From an uncultured Pseudomonadales bacterium (GTDB lineage: Bacteria; Patescibacteriota; Microgenomatia; UBA1400; Chazhemtobacteraceae), in NCBI GenBank assembly GCA_964422035.1, contig CAYQZQ010000001.1, forward strand, positions 651,786 to 715,785: a DNA stretch of 64,000 nucleotides. Direction: 5' to 3'. Within the stretch, counting starts at the first letter, position 1. Every line of letters starts with the position of its first letter. This document shows positions 58,064-64,000 of the stretch, piece by piece. The position numbers and the translations under genes were made by a program. The notes beneath the pieces are model-generated. The model worked only from the letters and a program-made list of their open reading frames with translations. It was not told the DNA's origin and did no database searches.

Positions 58064-59008
58064 TTAGAAGGCGGCAATTAAAACTGCAAAGCCGTGATTG
58101 GCAGCAGCGCACGCCCAGACGTATGAGCCATCCTGCATTAATGCTTGGTGTCCTAAAGAGCTGTTCCAAGCTTGGAGAGCGGTTTGAGCTGTGGGATATC
58201 CATAAAGAATGTTTTCTGCGACTTGATTGAAGCGTATCCTGTCTTGTTGTTTGTACTGTTGGATTAAGGGATTAAAACCATGGTGGTCGTCAAGTTTTCC
58301 CAGTTCGATGAGTTGGTTAACTCGGATTGAGGCAATTGTACAGAGAGTGTTGTCTTGCTTGAACTCAGGGACGCCGTGTTCTCGTCGATATTTTTGGATT
58401 TCCTGCCAGATCTCTACCCCGGTATAGTAGTCCGGTTTGGGGGTGATCGAGGAAGGTTGGGTATGGGTTTTATTTTGAGGTGAGGCTAGAACTACTACTG
58501 ATATCAGTTCTTTGGGTGAGGTTAGTTCAAGCTGTGAGGTGCCAATATGCTGAAATGATTGGTCCAGTAGGGTTTGAGGCTCGTTGTTTATCCAGATTTC
58601 TTCGGATGTTTGGATTAAGGGGAGCGGGGATGTTTGGGTTAAAAAAGCAATGTGTTGATAGTCGTAGTCAGCGAGCTGGGCGGCTTTTTTGATATCAAGT
58701 TGGGGGGAATCGGTTGCAGTTTGGCTGGCGAGGTTAAGAGCTATGTAGTAGGCGGCATCATTAAGTTTTGAGTGGGGTTGGAGGGAAGGTAGATTGTTTT
58801 GGTTGCGAAATGAGTTGATGGCAGGGATGGGTTGTGATTTGAGTGTGGGTGTGGAGTAGCCCAGGCGAGATTTAATCTTTTGATAAAAGTCTTGAGCTAG
58901 TTGGGGTTGGTAGAGAAGAAAGGCGGCTAGGATAGAGAGGCTGATTATGGAAGGAAGCAGGCGGAGAAAGATTTTTGGAAGCTTGAATTTGTTTGTAGAG
59001 GTTGCCAT
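58064..59008 (-). CDS. CAP/SCP-domain membrane-anchored protein (two CAP-like domains)
   Basis: INSFR..NNLPSL; YR..HG, AENI, W..S.GH. Confidence 0.85.
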   Translation of the reverse strand: MATSTNKFKLPKIFLRLLPSIISLSILAAFLLYQPQLAQDFYQKIKSRLGYSTPTLKSQPIPAINSFRNQNNLPSLQPHSKLNDAAYYIALNLASQTATDSPQLDIKKAAQLADYDYQHIAFLTQTSPLPLIQTSEEIWINNEPQTLLDQSFQHIGTSQLELTSPKELISVVVLASPQNKTHTQPSSITPKPDYYTGVEIWQEIQKYRREHGVPEFKQDNTLCTIASIRVNQLIELGKLDDHHGFNPLIQQYKQQDRIRFNQVAENILYGYPTAQTALQAWNSSLGHQALMQDGSYVWACAAANHGFAVLIAAF

Positions 59009-59113
59009 GTATTAATTTTACAACAGAGGTTGTAAGGTTTGGAATGAGCTGGTATGATACTGATAGTTTTCACAGGCCCACAGAAGGTGCTGGACAAAGA
59101 AAGGAGGTGCTAG

Positions 59114-59392
59114 ATGGATAAAAACTTAAATGATAAACAAAAAAAGAGATTATATGTAGGCAATTTGCCGTATAGTGTACGGACGCCTGATCTAAGGCAG
59201 ATGCTTTCATCGTTTGGTGAAGTAGAAGATGCTGTTGTGATGCAAGAGCCGGATTCTGATAAATCAAAAGGATTTGGGTTTGTAACTATGGGTACAGTAG
59301 CTCAGGCAGAAAGAGCAGCAAGTCAGATGAATGGAAAAGAGATTGAAGAGAGAATTATTGTTTGTAATATAGCTAAGCCCAGGGAAGAATAA
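59114..59392 (+). CDS. RRM RNA-binding protein
   Basis: LYVGNL, KGFGFV; strong SD AAGGAGGTG. Confidence 0.95.
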   Translation: MDKNLNDKQKKRLYVGNLPYSVRTPDLRQMLSSFGEVEDAVVMQEPDSDKSKGFGFVTMGTVAQAERAASQMNGKEIEERIIVCNIAKPREE

Positions 59393-59415
59393 GACTTGAT
59401 GGTACAATTTTGGGT

Positions 59416-61344
59416 ATGAATATGGAGAAATTTAAGAAAGTAGTGGTGATAGGTTTTGTGTGGGCAGTGATAGGTGGCTTATTATTGGGTATGCTGGATG
59501 TGGATGCTATTTTAGTTTCTTCTAAACATGATTTGGGTAGTATTCCTTATTTGTCGTGGGTTTCGGTATCTTGGGTTTTATTGTTGGGAGTGCTATTAAT
59601 GTTAGCTTGGTTTGGGGTATGGTTATGGTTGGTGGGTTGGTTGTTGGCGTGGATGGATCGAGATTTTGATTTAGAGAAAAAAACTTTGGTAGCTTTAGGG
59701 GGCGGAGGAGCTCTTTTTGGTGTAGTTTTGGGTTTTATGGGAAGTGGGGCTGTGGGTTTGTTAAGTTGGGTGAAGGTTTTGGGTTTGTCAGTTGGGATTG
59801 GAGTGCTGGTTGGTTTTGTGATCTGGATTTTTATTGACTGGATGGAAGTAAGAGGTTTTAAGTGGGAAAAATGGTGGTTGATGTTTAGTTGGTTAGTGGG
59901 GGTAGTATTTACAGTGGTTGTTTTGGTAGTTATTTTTCAGGGGATAAGGGTTTTATCTAAAGGTAGAGTTAATCAAGTTATGGAAGGGGCAGGAGGAGAA
60001 GGCAAAAATCTTATTCTGATTACTATGGAGGCTTGGAGAGAAGATGATTTTAATGATAGTTTGATGGGAAGCTTGAGTAGGTGGAGCGAGGAGGCTTTGG
60101 TGTTTGAGAAAGCATACAGTCCAGCTCCTTGGACATTGCCTAGTTTTGCTTCGATGATGAGTGGTTATTATCCTGGTCAGTTAGGTGTAAGTACAACGGA
60201 CTACTCGGTAGATGAAATTAAATATGGTGGTAGATTAGTTGAGGAAGTGGAGACTTTGGCGGAAAGATTGGGTAGTGAAGGTTATTTAACGCAAGGTTTT
60301 TTGACCAATGAGTGGTTGTCTAGAGAGAGGGGTTTTGGTCAGGGTATGGAAGGAGTAGTTCAGTTGGAGGTTCAAAGGCCTTATCATTATGTGTTTCATG
60401 GCAAGGATATGAGTTTGGTGCAGTGGTATAAAAGATTGGGCTTGGAAAAAGAGGTTATTAAGGGATGGGATTTTTTGGTGGGAGAGGCGAGTTTGCATAA
60501 ATGGGGAACAGATGCAGAGCAAGTAGTGGGATTGGGGAGAAATTGGTTGCTTAAGGAGCCAGTTGAGCCTTTCTTTTTATGGATGCATTTGATGGACCCT
60601 CATGCGCCTTATCAGCCAGAGGAAAGGTATGGTCCAGAGGCGACAGAGGTGGCTGAAGAGAAAATAAGAGAGTTGCAGGAGTTGCGACCATTAGATAGGG
60701 AAAAAATAAGGTGGAGAGAGATAGATAAAAAAGTGTATAAGGAACTGTATCAGGGAGAACTTAAATATGTAGATGAAAATTTGGTATCTAGGTTTTTAAA
60801 AAGAGTAGAAGAATGGGGTTATTTGGATGATAGTGTAGTGGTGATTACTTCAGATCATGGAGAAGAGTTTTGGGAGCATGGTGGACTTGGTCATGCAACG
60901 ACTTTGTATGACGAGCAAGTGAGAGTTCCGTTGATGGTGAGAGCGCCAGAGCAAAAGCCAGATATAAGAGATGATGTAGTTAGTTTGGTTGATTTGAAGT
61001 ATTCAATGCTGGATATATTGGACATAGAAGAAAGTGATAGGAGTTGGTGGAGTGATAATTATGAAAATAGAGTGTGGTTAGAGGGGAACGGGAGAGGTCC
61101 GTATTTGAAAGCAGTGGTAGAAGACGGGTGGAAATTAATCTGGAATATGTTTGAAGATAGTTATGAATTGTATGATTTAAGAGTGGATGAGGGGGAGAAA
61201 AACAATGTAGTTAATAAGTATGTAGGAGTAACTGCAAGGTTAAAGAAGTTATTGCAAGAGCACGTGGAAGAAAATGAGGAGTTTTATCAAAGATTAGATA
61301 AGGGTGAAGTAAAAGAAGGTTTGGGTGATGTAGTAGGTTATTAA
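59416..61344 (+). CDS. Membrane-anchored sulfatase-like (alkaline phosphatase superfamily) protein
   Basis: About five N-terminal TM helices; NLILIT, WTLPSFAS, H.MDPHAPY, TSDHGE, ELYDL..D.GE. Confidence 0.85.
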   Translation: MNMEKFKKVVVIGFVWAVIGGLLLGMLDVDAILVSSKHDLGSIPYLSWVSVSWVLLLGVLLMLAWFGVWLWLVGWLLAWMDRDFDLEKKTLVALGGGGALFGVVLGFMGSGAVGLLSWVKVLGLSVGIGVLVGFVIWIFIDWMEVRGFKWEKWWLMFSWLVGVVFTVVVLVVIFQGIRVLSKGRVNQVMEGAGGEGKNLILITMEAWREDDFNDSLMGSLSRWSEEALVFEKAYSPAPWTLPSFASMMSGYYPGQLGVSTTDYSVDEIKYGGRLVEEVETLAERLGSEGYLTQGFLTNEWLSRERGFGQGMEGVVQLEVQRPYHYVFHGKDMSLVQWYKRLGLEKEVIKGWDFLVGEASLHKWGTDAEQVVGLGRNWLLKEPVEPFFLWMHLMDPHAPYQPEERYGPEATEVAEEKIRELQELRPLDREKIRWREIDKKVYKELYQGELKYVDENLVSRFLKRVEEWGYLDDSVVVITSDHGEEFWEHGGLGHATTLYDEQVRVPLMVRAPEQKPDIRDDVVSLVDLKYSMLDILDIEESDRSWWSDNYENRVWLEGNGRGPYLKAVVEDGWKLIWNMFEDSYELYDLRVDEGEKNNVVNKYVGVTARLKKLLQEHVEENEEFYQRLDKGEVKEGLGDVVGY

Positions 61345-61358
61345 GATAGATAAAATAA

Positions 61359-63386
61359 ATGAAATACTTTATATGTTTATTACTGGTGATTGCTGGTTGG
61401 CAGATGGGACTGGTGGAAGAGGTGTGGGCGGATGAAAGAGGAGAAGTGATAATAATTAATCAAGTAAGAGGAGAAAGGTGTTGTGGTGAGGGATCTGTTG
61501 AAAATTTAGAGTTTCAATTGAAGTTGTTGGAAGAGAAAGACTTAAAAGGTTTTTTCTTGTTGCGATATGATGCTTTGAAAAATGAAGAAATGATGGGGTT
61601 GGTAAATAAGTATTGGCAAAAAGGGGTGATAAGCCCCGGTGTTTTGATGGAGGTAATACCTGGCTTGGTTGATAGAGAAATTTATGAAAAAAAAGGAGGA
61701 GAGTGGTATGAGGCAAGAAAAGTGTTTAGTGTTGGATATGGTCAGCTGGAAAGAAAAGAGATAATTGATAGGTTAATGAGTGAGTTTTATGGTCAATTTG
61801 GATTTTATCCTAAGATTGGAGGAGCATGGATGGTGGATGGGTTTTCGTTAGATTATATGTATGAGCGTTATGGAGTGGAGGTTTTTGAGATTACTAGAGA
61901 GCAATGGGGAACGGATACTTATAAGTTATATGGAGGGATGCACTATCCATATTTGGCCAGTGAAAGTTGGCCATTGGTTCCAGATTTTGTAGATGGGAAA
62001 GTGTTAATGGTAAGACAGACGATTAGTGATCCTTTGTATAACTATGGAGACAATAGTGATTCTTTTACTTCTCAGCCTAATGATTATTCCAACGGTGGTA
62101 AGAATTTTAAGTATTTTAAGGCTTTATTCGATCAAGTTGTAATTGAAAACGAATCAGGTTGGGCTGTGTTGGGGCTTGAGAATTCAATGGAGGAAAGATA
62201 TCAAAGAGAGTTTGAGAGACAATTAGAGTATGTGAAGGAATTAAGAGACAAAAAGATGGTGAAAGTAGTAAGTGAGATTGATCAATTGCGGCATTGGAAA
62301 AAGAATGAGGTAAGGATTTATGAAGGTAAGGACCTGATTAATGATGAGAGTGATCAGAGGGTGTGGTGGGTGGAAAGCGGGAGGTATAGGATGAGAATAA
62401 GAAGTGATGGAGAGAAGGTTTTTATTGACGATGTAAGGATTTATGATGATTGGCAGGATCCATATTGGAAAGAAAAAGTTGAAACAGAAGGGGTTTGGGT
62501 TGTCCCCTTTTTGATTGATGGGTCTCGTTGGTATAAAGAGGAAGATGAAAAGCTTTGGTGGAGGGGTTGGTTTGGGCCGCCGGAGGTAGAAAAAAAGTTT
62601 AAAAATGTAAGTAGTGATGTTGGAAGTGATCCGATGAGATTGGTTTTAGGAGAATCTAACGGAGTTGAATTAAAAGATGGTGTTTTGCAGTGGGATGGTG
62701 GAAAGAAGAAAATTAATTTTTATAAGGATCATTGGGTGGGAGAGGGTTTTGGTGTTGGAGACTTAGAGTATGTTGGATGGCAGGATGAAAATTATCCGGT
62801 GGTTGTTGAGAGAGATGGAGAGGGCAAAGAATTGACATTTAAATGGTTGATTGATGGAGAGGTCAGTCATTGGATGAAGATAGAGGGTGAAAAGCAAAGT
62901 TATTGGAGTTGGGGGAGCAGAGAAGAGTTATGGGGTCAGATTTTAGAGGATCATTATGCTTATGCTTGGCCGGAGCCAAGACATAGAGAGGTAAGTGGAA
63001 GTGAGAGTGTTGTATATGCTCATAATTTAGTAGCGGTTGCAGGCAGGAATCCAGTTAGGTTGGTGGTTTTGCTTTATGATAAAGCGGGAATGGGGGTAGT
63101 CAATGACATGCTTGAGATTGGAATAAAAGGAGAGGGAATAGAGACAAATTTAATAAGTCAAGATAAAAGACAAGTGCAGTTAATTGATTTATATAGTGAA
63201 AAGCCTCAAAAGGCTGAAGTAGAGCTAGTATTAGGAAATGAGGTAATAAAAAAAACAGTATGGTGGGCGCCTAATTGTAAACAAAACTGGAAGTACTGCA
63301 TGACTCATTCAATAAAAGGTTGGTGGTATTTGAGAGGCGTGGGAGGAGATTGGTTAAGAAGGGTGGTGTTAGGAGAAAGCCAGTGA
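61359..63386 (+). CDS. Secreted hypothetical protein, possible carbohydrate-active barrel domain
   Basis: Signal peptide; LLRYDAL, FGFYPK..GAW..D, EQWGTD.Y..GG..YPY. Confidence 0.55.
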   Translation: MKYFICLLLVIAGWQMGLVEEVWADERGEVIIINQVRGERCCGEGSVENLEFQLKLLEEKDLKGFFLLRYDALKNEEMMGLVNKYWQKGVISPGVLMEVIPGLVDREIYEKKGGEWYEARKVFSVGYGQLERKEIIDRLMSEFYGQFGFYPKIGGAWMVDGFSLDYMYERYGVEVFEITREQWGTDTYKLYGGMHYPYLASESWPLVPDFVDGKVLMVRQTISDPLYNYGDNSDSFTSQPNDYSNGGKNFKYFKALFDQVVIENESGWAVLGLENSMEERYQREFERQLEYVKELRDKKMVKVVSEIDQLRHWKKNEVRIYEGKDLINDESDQRVWWVESGRYRMRIRSDGEKVFIDDVRIYDDWQDPYWKEKVETEGVWVVPFLIDGSRWYKEEDEKLWWRGWFGPPEVEKKFKNVSSDVGSDPMRLVLGESNGVELKDGVLQWDGGKKKINFYKDHWVGEGFGVGDLEYVGWQDENYPVVVERDGEGKELTFKWLIDGEVSHWMKIEGEKQSYWSWGSREELWGQILEDHYAYAWPEPRHREVSGSESVVYAHNLVAVAGRNPVRLVVLLYDKAGMGVVNDMLEIGIKGEGIETNLISQDKRQVQLIDLYSEKPQKAEVELVLGNEVIKKTVWWAPNCKQNWKYCMTHSIKGWWYLRGVGGDWLRRVVLGESQ

Positions 63387-63998
63387 TTATTGAAGGTGTT
63401 TGAGGCCTAGTGTGGTGATGTCTGAGATTTTGGGATTTTTGATTTGTAGTTTTTGATTGGAGAGAAGAATGCCTGGGACTAGTTGACCATCGAAGAGATG
63501 ATCTCCTGACCATTTTTGATTGTTTTTGGTTAAGACTCTTTCACCCAAGTCGCCAACAGCGGTTTCCCATGAGGCACGGAATCCTTTTTTATAGCCAACT
63601 ATTAAATCAGGAGCGTTGTTGAGGTTGGAGATACCCAATTCTTTTTTGGTGTAGATGTGATTGATTACATTTTGCCCTTGGAATGAGAGATTCTCTAGTA
63701 TGTTGATGATGTCCTTGGTGATTTTTGGTTCTTGTTTTGAGGTAACAATGCCGTGTTTTTCTCTGTTTTTGAGGTTTAGATATATACTGTTGAAGCCTAG
63801 GGCGTAGGCTTTGGTTTTTTTCCAGTTGGTGTTTTGTAGTAGATCGTTGCTTTTTTTATTATTTTTAAGAGTGAGAAGGTTGTTTTCAACAAGGAGATTA
63901 TTAAGATTGACGTGATAGTCTAAGGGTCCAAAACCATGATCTGATAAAACAATGAGTAGGTCATCTTTGCTTAGGTGTTTTAGGAATTTTCCGATTGT
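63387..63998 (-). CDS. Nucleotide pyrophosphatase/phosphodiesterase family protein, 5' end outside the window
   Basis: Frame open to the window edge; own translation LIVLSDHGF...VNLN...TKAYALGFNSIYLNLKNRE...PDLIVGY...WSGDH. Confidence 0.85.
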   Translation of the reverse strand, partial: TIGKFLKHLSKDDLLIVLSDHGFGPLDYHVNLNNLLVENNLLTLKNNKKSNDLLQNTNWKKTKAYALGFNSIYLNLKNREKHGIVTSKQEPKITKDIINILENLSFQGQNVINHIYTKKELGISNLNNAPDLIVGYKKGFRASWETAVGDLGERVLTKNNQKWSGDHLFDGQLVPGILLSNQKLQIKNPKISDITTLGLKHLQ

Positions 63999-64000
63999 TT

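Noticed and set aside
54-63513. Many short antisense or overlapping ORFs in the track (e.g. 725-1039, 13199-13720, 22993-23460, 47286-47885)
   Set aside because: Shadow frames of real genes; low-complexity products and no motifs.
1-64000. UGA recoding (code 25) as in some CPR lineages
   Set aside because: Well-recognised genes end at TGA at their expected lengths (idsA, dnaG), with ATGA-type overlaps.

Overview
Gene-dense bacterial chromosome segment read with the standard genetic code. Gene content and style point, by inference, to a Patescibacteria/CPR (Microgenomates-like) genome. The left 15 kb is a conjugation-like (T4SS-related) surface locus: PrgI, a VirB6-like membrane protein, a lysozyme-fold protein and nine TrbC/VirB2-type pilins. 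An idsA-idi-uppS isoprenoid cassette interrupts the pilin array, and three pilins share a 74-bp near-identical DNA core. Next come smpB, tmRNA, comF, all four tRNA-Ser isoacceptors, tRNA-Arg(GCG), a free-standing HTH-LAGLIDADG gene between two tRNA-Ser genes, dnaG-rpoD, tdk and tRNA-Asn. A compositionally foreign island (about 27.7-38.1 kb) carries an AbiEii toxin-antitoxin pair, PadR/ArsR modules and a MacAB-like efflux system with a two-component system and three visible operator boxes. The right half holds metabolic, envelope and stress genes, a foreign Trp/Cys-rich adhesin-like gene and a frameshifted glutaredoxin-membrane protein. Two window-wide traits stand out. The + strand is strongly G-rich, which shapes protein composition by strand. 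More than 20 genes have a -10 hexamer only 6-8 nt upstream of the start codon, suggesting leaderless transcription. All calls come from motif recognition by eye; no database searches were run.
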